A DNA stretch of 64,000 nt from Haliotis cracherodii (lineage: Eukaryota), in assembly GCF_022045235.1 (NCBI RefSeq), contig NW_027266264.1, positions 17,112,001-17,176,000 of the forward strand, given 5' to 3'. Below, one piece after another: positions 11,764-25,260 of this stretch (positions are counted from its first letter, which is position 1; each line of letters starts with the position of its first letter). The notes below the pieces were generated by a model, which worked only from the letters and a program-made list of their open reading frames with translations, ran no database searches and was not told the DNA's origin. Position numbers and translations under genes: made by a program.

Positions 11764-13626
11764 CTACACTACATTACGTTACATTATACTAACTATAAAA
11801 TGTCATAGCCAGAAACTGCTGAAACGGATTCCAGTGGGCTTAAAGGGATGACACCGGGTGTTCGCCAAAAGGGTAAGCACGGCCTGCCCTACCGGCAGCA
11901 CCCGCAACGCACACAATTTGCATAAAAGTGTGTTTGTTTGTTACCTGATGCCACACAGCAGAACTCCTGCCACACGAAGGCGGCTTGTTCATGTTTATAC
12001 TACTGACAAGAGGCATCGTGATGCTATTGTATGCGAGAAACATGGTAACCCTGCGCCTAAGAAACATAAATCATGCTTATATGGCATAGATAAAAAGCGA
12101 TCCATTTGAATACACTGCATGTAAGATTATTACTTAATGGTTATGATGCACTCAATGAGCACCACGTTATATACTGCATGAGGATAGTCACTCATTGAAG
12201 GATTATAAATACATATGAAACAAATATCATGCTGTATGCAGACATAAAAGGAATGGATATTTTTAATACCAAAAGCAATATATGGAGACTGTGATCTGTG
12301 ATTCAAAGTTTGAAATGTAAGAATTATGCTCCAAATAATATAAAGATTGCCGACTTTTTTGTACATTTCTAGAGATTTGTTTGCTGGTGAGCAAACATCA
12401 ACTGTGCCGGACGCCTTTTCGAGTTTTTTACAAGATGATGGTACCAATGATGATTTCACTGAAGATATTACAGAACATATTCTCAAAAAGGAAGATAATT
12501 TAGGGATGTCAACTTCTTTATTATGAGGAACACAACGCTTCGGTGTATATACCTACTCCTTCATCAGGTGAATGAATACAATGAGGCAGCATTCATTCAA
12601 CTGATGAAGAAGTATGTGACATCTATAAATTCCCTTCCTTACCTTATGTGTATCACGTCTTAATACCTTTCTAATATTTGATATTCTCACTATTCCTATA
12701 ACAAAAGACGAAATATTATAATAATTTGCTTTCATCATATAAAATGTAACAAATCTCCAGGAATAGATGACACCATTTCTGAATAATTTATACATCCGGC
12801 TGATCTACTTGTCCCATACCTAGAATCGTTATTTGATAAGGAGATGGATATTTCGTTTTGTAAGATTTGCGTGATGTTATGCTGAATGGATGTACGGAAA
12901 TCTCATTTGAACACGACGCTGTTGTTAGCAATACGCCTCCCCCTGCTTACCTAACGTCGCTATATAAGTGCAATAATCTTGGACGCGACGTTAAACCCCA
13001 TTTCACCTCACCTTCGACAAGATGCTTGATATGGGGTGCCGCGAAACCGATCACTGGTTTCGAGGTACTCCAATAATGATGGTTCATTTTACCAAACAGG
13101 TGGTCACATGTTAAGTCCATTATCAGAAAAAACACCAAAAAAAAAACAACAGCAAACATCACAAATTCAATTCTTTATCACAGTTCCTCATCTCAGTTGT
13201 AATTTGTAGTTATGCGAATCTAAAAGAAAAGAAAAGACATACACACTGCTTGGCCCCTGTCCAAGACGTCAAACATGTGCGAGATTTTAGACATGCAGCT
13301 TAGCTGGGATGGAAAAAAGTTGTTTACTGTTACAGTGGAATTGCATATGTGAAAGAGACCATGGGAATTAGCATAAGAATTAACTCGGAAGTTATTCACG
13401 GGACAGCGGACAGTGGCAGGATATGTCTATCTTGGAACAAGTGCCAAATTACGTTCGTTAGCGAACTCGAACCCCCGTTCATCTGTGGATACACGGAAGG
13501 AAAAGAAGTTAATTCCCTTTGGTTTTCTTTACCAGGACGGGCGAAACCGAGTGTAAGGTCGAACCACACTTTACGAAGCAAGCCAGGGGTTTCAGTATCA
13601 AAACTTTCACGAATTTCTTTTTAAAT

Positions 13627-14750
13627 CAATCTCGGGGATAGGAGCATGATGTGTTGTCTGGTCAGGGCCATCGCGCTTTAAGTGTGTACGAGACAAGGGT
13701 TTAATGTTTGAATGCAAATAAGGCGTGCGCCAAGGATGTGTATTGAGTCCGGGCTTTTTGCTTTTTCTTGAATAAATTAGTATCAGAAATCCATAACATT
13801 TGTACAAACGGTATTCAATTACATTCATAAGTTGTTCGACTTTCTTTAATTATTTGCAGATGATATTAGCATGTTCTCAAGCACAGCACTGTCTTAGAAT
13901 ATAAATTGTCTTTGTCTTAGAAAATTACTGTGATAAATGGAAACTCACTGTTAAAAGATAAAGCTATTGTATTATTGTATTCAAACTTGCCAAATTCCAA
14001 ATGGTCCTTCAAGGGTGAAACTTTGAGTGTAAGTTGGGTTTTTATTTCATTGATAATTAAAATTGGTCTATTCATGCAAGAGAAGCATCAATCCAGGCCA
14101 AAAAAGATTTCATTTGGTATACTGGAGAATATACAAATCCTTGTTGAAATATTTTTTAAGTCATTCTTTAAGATTTTCTATGTTAAAATTAATCAAATTT
14201 TACTATACGGTGCTGAAATTTAATTACATGTAAAAGATTTCTTAGTGTCAAGACCAACACACCTAGTGAAATGGTTGTGGTATATTTCTGCTATTTATAT
14301 AAGCCATAAAGTACTAACTGAAACTCCTCAAAATGAACTCATCGAGATACCCCAAAAAATATGATGATGTACGACACGCATAGAAAGAATAACTGGGTAG
14401 CTGATGAGAACAAAATATTATCCAATAGTGGTTTGGTATGAACATTCTGTACAATCTGAAAATGAATTGATCAATTCCTCCTACAGAAGCTAAAGATATT
14501 TATCTGGAATCGTGGTTACTTTCGTTGACATTACCGAAACACTTTTTTTATATTATAGAATGTTTAAATCTCACATATACAATGAACGGTATCTGTTTTA
14601 GGTAAATATAAAGAAATAATCATTGACAAGATTTCGATGTTTATCCCATGATTAATGCTTCGAGATTGAACAATATACAAAAACTCCAAGGTCAGAACGA
14701 TTATGTAAAATTGTAATAACCAAAGATATAGAGGATAAATAATTAAACAT
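13627..14750 (+). mobile_element. Decayed LINE reverse transcriptase fragment; appears to resume at about 15818-15900
   Basis: GVRQGCVLSP, LFADD and ILLYGAEI motifs with many stops. Confidence 0.8.
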
Positions 14751-15688
14751 CACTTATTATATAATGGGTAGGATTCTCGGCAGGATAAAGCCAACGGATA
14801 AAAACGACATCCGTTGGGGTCATATGCGGATAGAGATGCAAATATCAAAGGTCAAGTAGGGACTACTTTCAGTGTTTATAAACAAACATGGTGTCGCCCT
14901 TGTCATTCGGCAGTCGAGTCAGAATTAACTATCGGGAATCTGGATAAACTAAAGGGATCTTTGCTATCATTATAGTCTAATATACTGAAAATTAGTGTCC
15001 AACTCTGACGTAGCTAAGGCATTTGGAGCTTTTGCGAGGGCAATTTTGCGAGGGCACTAGGCCAGCCAAGCGGGATCAGTAGCCATATCTGTGCTTGTCA
15101 ACCTCTGCGGCTTAAAACCTTTTCAACAAATTAAAATAGTTGGATTTGGACGAAATATGTTTGAATTGTTACCTTGTTTCGTTTTGTCGCTGTGTGTACA
15201 TCTGACTGCACTTACGTTATGACAGGACAGGCCGACTGTCAACAACGTCTGACCGTGGCCGTGACGTGTCATAGACTAGGGTAAGAGTAGCTTCCCTTTG
15301 ACAAAGGGCAGTTACTCTAGCGGACAGACCGATGGACTGCGCGAAAGGCAAGTAAAAACAATTGTTGTTGCGTATATGTTGCTTCGCCACTGTATAAAAA
15401 ACAGATTTCAGTTGGAACTATATTGGCTACTGTCACTGTCCGACTGACACATCACTTACCCTGTGACGTAATATATTATCAATACGCGCATTTCAGGAAA
15501 ACTTGCAATGTTTCGGGAATGTTTGTGAGAGAGGGACAGGGATTTCTCAAGCACAGAATTAAAGAATGGCATTATATAATAAACAGGTTATCACGTTTGT
15601 GTGTTTGGGGATGGTAAATATCCTCTACTGGCAATAAACAATTAGGGCTCGCTAAATACAATGTTTATTACCAATGCAGGATATTTAC

Positions 15689-15772
15689 CAATCTCATTAA
15701 AATCAGATCTTAGTTTTCGCTACCGCTAAACAAAGCGGTAGCGAGAACTAAGGTCTGATTTTAATGAGATTG
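15689..15772. mobile_element. 84-bp palindromic mini-MITE with 9-bp TSD
   Basis: caatctcattaaaatcaga...tctgattttaatgagattg flanked by gatatttac on both sides. Confidence 0.85.
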
Positions 15773-16149
15773 GATATTTACCATCCTCAAACACACTCGC
15801 GTGATAACCTCTATTTATAACTTGTATGTCCATTGTACTTCACTGTGAGAAAAACATATATTCCTGTAAACTCCTTTAATGATCCAATATTGTGAAATTC
15901 CGACAAATTCCGAGTCTAGATACATTAATAATGCACAACTTGGCCATGTATTTTTACCACGCACTGTTATATGAACCAAATTTGCAAATGATTGTCTGCA
16001 ACACCTCTCTCATATGCCCATTGCTCATTGCAAGAATCCTAACCTCACCTGCAAGAAAGAAGTATTCCATTTGGCTACAATGCAAAAAAAAACGGAAGTC
16101 AATTGGCTATACTGAATACATTATACTGTATGTGAGAAACGGTATAATT

Positions 16150-19100
16150 TGTAACATACTGCGAGAAGCGTCCTACTTTGACATATTGTTTATAAGAAGT
16201 CTCCTGTTTTGAAATACTGCATGCCATAAGCATCCGATTTGGAAATATTGTAAGGAAGAACCATCCTATTTGGAAATACTCCATGTACCAAGCATTCTAT
16301 TTGATTATAGTGTACGTAAGAATCATCTATTACGCTGAAACGCATTTAAGAAGCCTCATATTTGGAAATACTGCTTGTAAGAAGCATCTTATTTGGAAAT
16401 ATTGTACACAAGAAACATTTTATTTGAAAATAATGATTGTAAGAAGAATCCTATTTGGAAATACTTCATGTAATAAGCCTCCTGTTTGGAAATATTGCAT
16501 GTCATAAGCATCCTGTTTAGAAATACTGCATGTCATAAGCCTCCTGTTTGGAAGTATGGTATAAAGAAGCACCCTACTTGGAAATACTGCATGTCATAAG
16601 CATCATGTTTGGAAGTATTGTATAAAGAAGCACCTTACTTGGAAATACTGCATGTCATAAGCATCATGTTTGGAAATATTGTATAAAGAAGCATCCTACT
16701 TGGAAATACTGCATGTTATAAGCCTCCTGTTTGGAAATATTGTATAAAGTAGCCTCCTACTTGGAAATACTGCATGTCATAAGCATAATGTTTGGAAATA
16801 TTGTATAAAGTAGCCTCCTACTTGGAAATACTACATGTCATAAGCCTCCTGTTTGGAAATACTGCATGTCATAAGCCTCCTGTTTGGAAATATTGTATAA
16901 AGTAGCCTCCTACTTGGAAATACTGCATGTTATAAGCCTCCTGTTTGGAAATACTGCATGTCATAAGCCTCCTGTTTGGAAATATTGCATGACATAAGCC
17001 TCCTGTTTGGAAATATCGTATAAAGTAGCCTCCTACTTGGAAATACTGCATGTCATAAGCCTCCTGTTTGGAAATACTGCATGTCATAAGCATCATGTTT
17101 GGAAATATTGTATAAAGTAGCCTCCTACTTGGAAATATAGCATGTTATAAGCCTCCTGTTTGGAAATACTGCATGCCATAAGCCTCCTGTTTGGAAATAC
17201 TGCATGTCATAAGCCTCCTGTTTGGAAATATTGTATAAAGTAGCTTCCTACTTGGAAATACTGCATGTCATACGCCTCCTACTTGGAAATACTGCATGTC
17301 ATAAGCCTCCTGCTTGGAAATATTGCATAAAGTAGCCTCCTACTTCGAAATACTGCATGTTATAAGCCTCCTGCTTGGAAATATTGCATGTCCTAAGCCT
17401 CCTGCTTGGAAACATTGTATAAAGTAGCCTCCTACTTGGAAATACTGCATGTCATAAGCCTCCTGTTTGGAAATACTGCATGTCATAAGCCTCCTTTTTG
17501 GAAATATTGCATAAAGTAGCCTCCTACTTGGAAATACTGCATGTTATAAGCCTCCTGCTTGGAAATATTGCATGTCATAAGCCTCCTGCTTGGAAACATT
17601 GTATAAAGTAGCACCCTACTTGGAAATACTGCATGTCATAAGCCTCCTGCCTTGAAATACTGCATGTCATAAGCATCCTGGTTGGAAATATTGCATGTCA
17701 TAAGCATCCTGTTTGGAAATATTGTATAAAGTAGTCTCCTACTTGGAAATACTGCATGTTATAAGCCTCCTGTTTGGAAATATTGTATAAAGTAGCCTCC
17801 TACTTGGAAATACTACATGTCATAAGCCTCCTACTTGGAAATACTGCATGTCATAAGCCTCCTGTTTGGAAATATTGTATAAAGTAGCCTCCTACTTGGA
17901 AATACTGCATGTTATAAGCCTCCTGTTAGGAAATATTGTATAAAGAAGCCTCCTACTTGGAAATACATGTCATAAGCCTCCTGCCTTGAAATACTGCATG
18001 TCATAAGCATCCTGTTTGGAAATACTGCATGTCATAAGCATCCTGTTTGGAAATATTGTATAAAGTAGCCTCCTACTTGGAAATACTGCATGTTATAAGC
18101 CTCCTGTTAGCAAATATTGTATAAAGAAGCCTCCTACTTGGAAATACATGTCATAAGCCTCCTGCCTTGAAATACTGCATGTCATAAGCATCCTGTTTGG
18201 AAATATTGCATGTCATAAGCATCCTGTTTGGAAATATTGTATAAAGTAGCTTCCTACTTGGAAATACTGCATGTTATAAGCCTCCTGTTTGGAAATATTG
18301 TATAAAGTAGCCTCCTACTTGGAAATACTACATGTCATAAGCCTCCTACTTGGAAATACTGCATGTCATAAGCCTCCTGTTTGGAAATATTGTATAAAGT
18401 AGCCTCCTACTTGGAAATACTGCATGTTATAAGCCTCCTGTAAGGAAATATTGTATAAAGAAGCCTCCTACTTGGAAATACATGTCATAAGCCTCCTGCC
18501 TTGAAATACTGCATGTCATAAGCATCCTGTTTGGAAATACTGCATGTCATAAGCATCCTGTTTGGAAATATTGTATAAAGTAGCCTCCTACTTGGAAATA
18601 CTGCATGTTATAAGCCTCCTGTTAGCAAATATTGTATAAAGAAGCCTCCTACTTGGAAATACATGTCATAAGCCTCCTGCCTTGAAATACTGCATGTCAT
18701 AAGCATCCTGTTTGGAAATATTGCATGTCATAAGCATCCTGTTTGGAAATATTGTATAAAGTAGCTTCCTACTTGGAAATACTGCATGTTATAAGCCTCC
18801 TGTTTGGAAATATTGTATAAAGTAGCCTCCTACTTGGAAATACTACATGTCATAAGCCTCCTACTTGGAAATACTGCATGTCATAAGCCTACTGTTTGGA
18901 AATATTGTATAAAGTAGCCTCCTACTTGGAAATACTGCATGTTATAAGCCTCCTGTTTGGAAATATTGTATAAAGTAGCCTCCTACTTGGAAATACTACA
19001 TGTCATAAGCCTCCTACTTGGAAATACTGCATGTCATAAGCCTCCTGTTTGGAAATATTGTATAAAGTAGCCTCCTACTTGGAAATACTGCATGTTATAA

Positions 19101-19160
19101 GCCTCCTGTTTGGAAATATTGTATAAAGTAGCCTCCTACTTGGAAATACTACATGTCATA
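16150..19160. repeat. Satellite of 31-bp and 30-bp monomers with higher-order repeats
   Basis: A=ttggaaatactgcatgtcataagcctcctgt, B=ttggaaatattgtataaagtagcctcctac. A marker 3-bp deletion recurs at 17961, 18142, 18476 and 18657. Confidence 0.95.
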
Positions 19161-19336
19161 ATATATTTTCAGTAATTGCTTCAAGAAGTTATTTTTATTT
19201 TAAAAATACCAATATTATTTTTAATGAACATTTTAGGGTCACTTAATATATTTTTATTATTCTATTCTAGTTGTAATTATTGAACTTCAGGTAGAATATT
19301 GACAACGTCAGTTTATGACATGAATACACCTTAATT

Positions 19337-19385
19337 TAGTAACCTGGTTAAGCGCTTGTAACGTCAAAAACTCGGGTTCGAATCC
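19337..19385 (+). promoter_or_regulatory. tRNA-type Pol III internal promoter (SINE head)
   Basis: A-box-like tagtaacctgg at 19337; canonical B box ggttcgaatcc at 19375-19385. Confidence 0.65.
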
Positions 19386-19418
19386 TGGCTCAGGATTCGT
19401 GGAATATGGAAGGTATGA

Positions 19419-22400
19419 GTCTCGTGGGACACTGGTCTATGTTCAGCATGCTAACTCTAGCGTGGATATTCCGCTGTAAGGGTCTCATGGGACACTGGTC
19501 TATGTTCAGCATGCTAACTCTAGCGTGGATATTCCGCTGTAAGGGTCTCGTGGGACACTGGTCTATGTTCAGCATGCTTACTCTAGCGTGGATATTCCGC
19601 TGTAAGGGTCTCATGGGACACTGGTCTATGTTCAGCATGCTAACTCTAGCGTGGATATTCCGCTGTAAGGGTCTCATGGAACACTGGTCTATGTTCAGCA
19701 TGCTAACTCTAGCGTGGATATTCCGCTGTAAGGGTCTCATGGGACACTGGTCTATGTTCAGCATGCTTACTCTAGCGTGGATATTCCGCTGTAAGGGTCT
19801 CATGGGACACTGGTCTATGTTCAGCATGCTAACTCTAGCGTGGATATTCCGCTGTAAGGGTCTCATGGGACACTGGTCTATGTTCAGCATGCTAACTCTA
19901 GCGTGGATATTCCGCTGTAACGGTCTCATGGAACACTGGTCTATGTTCAGCATGCTAACTCTAGCGTGGATATTCCGCTGTAAGGGTCTCATGGGACACT
20001 GGTCTATGTTCAGCATGCTAACTCTAGCGTGGATATTCCGCTGTAACGGTCTCATGGGACACTGGTCTATGTTCAGCATGCTAACTCTAGCGTGGATATT
20101 CCGCTGTAACGGTCTCATGGGACACTGGTCTATGTTCAGCATGCTAACTCTAGCGTGGATATTCCGCTGTAAGGGTCTCATGGGACACTGGTCTATGTTC
20201 AGCATGCTAACTCTAGCGTGGCTATTCCGCTGTAAGGGTCTCATGGGACACTGGTCTATGTTCAGCATGCTAACTCTAGCGTGGATATTCCGCTGTAACG
20301 GTCTCATGGAACACTGGTCTATGTTCAGCATGCTAACTCTAGCGTGGATATTCCGCTGTAACGGTCTCATGGAACACTGGTCTATGTTCAGCATGCTAAC
20401 TCTAGCGTGGATATTCCGCTGTAAGGGTCTCATGGGACACTGGTCTATGTTCAGCATGCTAACTCTAGCGTGGATATTCCGCTGTAAGGGTCTCATGGGA
20501 CACTGGTCTATGTTCAGCATGCTAACTCTAGCGTGGATATTCCGCTGTAAGGGTCTCATGGGACACTGGTCTATGCTCAGCATGCTAACTCTAGCGTGGA
20601 TATTCCGCTGTAAGGGTCTCATGGGACACTGGTCTATGTTCAGCATGCTAACTCTAGCGTGGATATTCCGCTGTAAGGGTCTCATGGGACACTGGTCTAT
20701 GTTCAGCATGCTTACTCTAGCGTGGATATTCCGCTGTAACGGTCTCATGGGACACTGGTCTATGTTCAGCATGCTAACTCTAGCGTGGATATTCGGCTGT
20801 AAGGGTCTCATGGGACACTGGTCTATGTTCAGCATGCTAACTCTAGCGTGGATATTCCGCTGTAAGGGTCTCATGGAACACTGGTCTATGTTCAGCATGC
20901 TAACTCTAGCGTGGATATTCCGCTGTAAGGGTCTCATGGGACACTGGTCTATGTTCAGCATGCTAACTCTAGCGTGGATATTCCGCTGTAAGGGTCTCAT
21001 GGAACACTGGTCTATGTTCAGCATGCTAACTCTAGCGTGGATATTCCGCTGTAAGGGTCTCATGGGACACTGGTCTATGTTCAGCATGCTAACTCTAGCG
21101 TGGATATTCCGCTGTAAGGGTCTCATGGAACACTGGTCTATGTTCAGCATGCTAACTCTAGCGTGGATATTCCGCTGTAAGGGTCTCATGGGACACTGGT
21201 CTATGTTCAGCATGCTAACTCTAGCGTGGATATTCCGCTGTAAGGGTCTCATGGGACACTGGTCTATGTTCAGCATGCTAACTCTAGCGTGGATATTCCG
21301 CTGTAAGGGTCTCATGGGACACTGGTCTATGTTCAGCATGCTAACTCTAGCGTGGATATTCCGCTGTAAGGGTCTCATGGGACACTGGTCTATGTTCAGC
21401 ATGCTAACTCTAGCGTGGATATTCCGCTGTAAGGCTCTCATGGGACACTGGTCTATGTTCAGCATGCTAACTCTAGCGTGGATATTCCGCTGTAAGGGTC
21501 TCATGGGACACTGGTCTATGTTCAGCATGCTAGCTCTAGCGTGGATATTCCGCTGTAAGGGTCTCATGGGACACTGGTCTATGTTCAGCATGCTAACTCT
21601 AGCGTGGATATTCCGCTGTAAGGGTCTCATGGGACACTGGTCTATGTTCAGCATGCTAACTCTAGCGTGGATATTCCGCTGTAAGGGTCTCATGGGACAC
21701 TGGTCTATGTTCAGCATGCTAACTCTAGCGTGGATATTCCGCTGTAAGGGTCTCATGGGACACTGGTCTATGTTCAGCATGCTAACTCTAGCGTGGATAT
21801 TCCGCTGTAAGGGTCTCATGGGACACTGGTCTATGTTCAGCATGCTAACTCTAGCGTGGATATTCCGCTGTAAGGGTCTCATGGAACACTGGTCTATGTT
21901 CAGCATGCTAACTCTAGCGTGGATATTCGGCTGTAAGGGTCTCATGGGACACTGGTCTATGTTCAGCATGCTTACTCTAGCGTGGATATTCCGCTGTAAG
22001 GGTCTCATGGGACACTGGTCTATGTTCAGCATGCTAACTCTAGCGTGGATATTCCGCTGTAAGGGTCTCATGGAACACTGGTCTATGTTCAGCATGCTAA
22101 CTCTAGCGTGGATATTCCGCTGTAAGGGTCTCATGGGACACTGGTCTATGTTCAGCATGCTAACTCTAGCGTGGATATTCCGCTGTAAGGGTCTCATGGG
22201 ACACTGGTCTATGTTCAGCATGCTAACTCTAGCGTGGATATTCCGCTGTAAGGGTCTCATGGAACACTGGTCTATGTTCAGCATGCTAACTCTAGCGTGG
22301 ATATTCCGCTGTAAGGGTCTCATGGGACACTGGTCTATGCTCAGCATGCTAACTCTAGCGTGGATATTCCGCTGTAAGGATCTCATGGGACACTGGTTTA

Positions 22401-23133
22401 TGTTCAGCATGCTAACTCTAGCGTGGATATTCGGCTGTAAGGGTCTCATGGGACACTGGTTTATGTTCAGCATGCTAACTCTAGCGTGGATATTCCGCTG
22501 TAAGGGTCTCATGGAACACTGGTCTATGTTCAGCATGCTAACTCTAGCGTGGATATTCCGCTGTAAGGGTCTCATGGGACACTGGTCTATGTTCAGCATG
22601 CTAACTCTAGCATGGATATTCCGCTGTAAGGGTCTCATGGAACACTGGTCTATGTTCAGCATGCTAACTCTAGCGTGGATATTCCGCTGTAAGGGTCTCA
22701 TGGGACACTGGTCTATGTTCAGCATGCTAACTCTAGCGTGGATATTCCGCTGTAAGGGTCTCATGGGACACTGGTCTATGTTCAGCATGCTAACTCTAGC
22801 GTGGATATTCCGCTGTAAGGGTCTCATGGGACACTGGTCTATGTTCAGCATGCTAACTCTAGCGTGGATATTCCGCTGTAAGGGTCTCATGGGACACTGG
22901 TCTATGTTCAGCATGCTTACTCTAGCGTGGATATTCCGCTGTAAGGGTCTCATGGAACACTGGTCTATGTTCAGCATGCTAACTCTAGCGTGGATATTCG
23001 GCTGTAAGGGTCTCATGGGACACTGGTTTATGTTCAGCATGCTAACTCTAGCGTGGATATTCCGCTGTAAGGGTCTCATGGGACACTGGTCTATATTCAG
23101 CATGCTAACTCTAGCGTGGATATTCCGCTGTAA
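19419..23133 (+). repeat. 63-bp tandem array, about 59 near-identical copies
   Basis: Unit gtctcatgggacactggtctatgttcagcatgctaactctagcgtggatattccgctgtaagg; only scattered substitutions and no spacers. Confidence 0.98.
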
Positions 23134-24789
23134 CGCGTGGATGACCTGCTGTAAGGGTCTCATGAAGTCTATATGGCAAATTGAAGTTCTTTTTATTTAG
23201 TTGGCGTGATATGTTATGTCTACCTCTTTGAAGGGAAAACTATCCGCACTACAAACAAGGCACCGGTACAAGACAATGTTTGTTATCTCACTGTGTTCTA
23301 GATTTAGCACACACAGAAAACATCGTGAAAACCGGATACTCCTTTTTCTACTCGCCATTGTCTCAGAAAATCAATCCTCTGATTGGATCTACAGCCAATA
23401 ACACCAAGCGATGTCCGCCAATAGTATGTGTCCCGGATGTTAACAACTGTAATGAATTAGGTTCAACTTGGCACAACGTGTTGAAATTGTGGTGAATGTG
23501 TTGCTCACCCATGACAACAAGTTGTCAAGTATTGACAAAACAACTCAAAACCCGACTGGCTGCTGCCTGCCGTTTTCAGAATATATACAAGTAGAACTAG
23601 GTAATGATAATAGGCATTACTATGAAGACTAAAACAGTCCTTACTATAACTCAAGTTATAGACAGATAAATGACATTTGTAAAGAGCCTTTTGACCACAA
23701 ATTAGGAAAATACTCAAAAACAAGCCTTCAGCGATCAATCATCATGAGTTCGCCGTAGGTTTTATATTTTTTGTATTGATCACGAAGTCAGTCCTTTATC
23801 TTCGCGGACACAAAACTCATTAATCGATTCAATTGGAAGCTTCAATGCATGCAATCGGGAGGCTGTAATCTTTTCTTAAATTTAAAAAAACATGTTGAAC
23901 ATGAATATGCAGTTTATATCAGTACATGACAATGTGAACATGCTTTTTTAGATGCTACAAGAGCTTATCAATCAACTTAACCTCCGATGCATCGATTCAT
24001 GCAAATGAAAGGCTGTCGGGTTTTTTTATCTTTCAAGATGTACGGTTTTTGCGTATCCTGCACCGCCGGTGGCACCCTAAAGACAAGTCAGTGTTTCACC
24101 TGACATTATTTTGTCACTGATGCGACACATGTCTACCAAAACATCTTTTTTAAAGCCTTACTGAGGTCAAAGTTTCGTACGAAATCTTCGCAGAAAGAGC
24201 ATGCTCGATTGTAATTCAAACGTAGTGTATGTAGTCACCAAAGGCAGTAACTGATGGAATATTGCTCATAAAGAGAAAGTTGACCATTCGAAAATTGAAG
24301 TCAACCCTCTTGTGATACAGTCTACAGAGTAGTTTGTGTCGTTCTGAATCATTATGCAATGATCTAAATATGAAACAGATGAGGCTGTTTCGATGATCTT
24401 TTTTATTTCCTAGTTCAGATGGTTAATTCCGTGGAAGAGGATGGGCTATATATCTAACGATATCAGATAATCGATATAAGTTAATTTTTGCCTAAATGCC
24501 TCAACGACTATGAATCCAATAAGTGACTAGTGGCACCAGTACAAAACGTATGTCCGATGCAATTCCCTAGTTTGACATGTACCATATGTTCCCGTATTAT
24601 TGTTTTGGTGAACAGTTGACTTGCCCTTGCATGTGGTTTAGACTGGTGTCATCGGGGGAACAGGATTCGCTCACCCTCTCGCTAACACCTGGCATCATCA
24701 CTACTCGACAGTGATCACATGCTCATGATATAGTCAATGGACCCATGACAATGGTAAGGGTTTTGTCACTATTATGATTATTATTTAGT

Positions 24790-25260
24790 GATTAAAATAC
24801 GAAATGCAACAAAGAGAGCTTGGTTGATCCTGGCACACTAAGGCTGATTAGGCTCATCATCAGCTCAGGGCCTTTGCCCCCTCTACACGCAGCCCAGACA
24901 GCGAATGGGACTTCTCCCAGGAAGCGCTGCCTAGTCAAACCCACCCAGAACTTTTCGGAGAATGTGATGCCTCCCAAACACTGCGGCCTTCTGCATTACC
25001 CACATTGTCAGAAGGGATGTATTCCTGGTAGCAAACCCGGGTATTCTCCCAATGTCAGTCTAACTCAGCGAGAACAATGGGAAGTTGGAAATCTTGGTAC
25101 TTGGGATACAAGCGTGACATTTCGAAAGCGAGGTCCGCATATTTGCCATGTTTTTTCCTGAATCTTGTCAAACACATCGATGTACTCATTCAGAAAGAAG
25201 ATGTTTCTGTGCTGTCCAGCAGTACAGCACCATCAACAAAACCAATATTAACATTGCGTT
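24790..25260 (-). mobile_element. 3' fragment of an RLE-type non-LTR retrotransposon (R4/Dong/NeSL-like)
   Basis: Minus strand reads KKHGKYADLAFEMSRLYPKY..LPIVL and MQKAAVFGRHHILRKVLG, followed by a TAA-rich tail. Confidence 0.65.

Noticed and set aside
12130-12830. 118-aa and 80-aa minus ORFs as genes
   Set aside because: AT-rich and stop-ridden; likely an old LINE remnant that I could not classify.
19419-23133. CRISPR or guide-RNA-type array
   Set aside because: No variable spacers, no cas or effector genes, eukaryotic context.
19419-23133. Retrozyme-like hammerhead multimer
   Set aside because: No CUGAnGA/GAAA core on either strand of the unit.
19390-23200. 1257-aa and 1264-aa ORFs
   Set aside because: Expected from a stop-free 63-bp (21-codon) unit; no domain or gene context.
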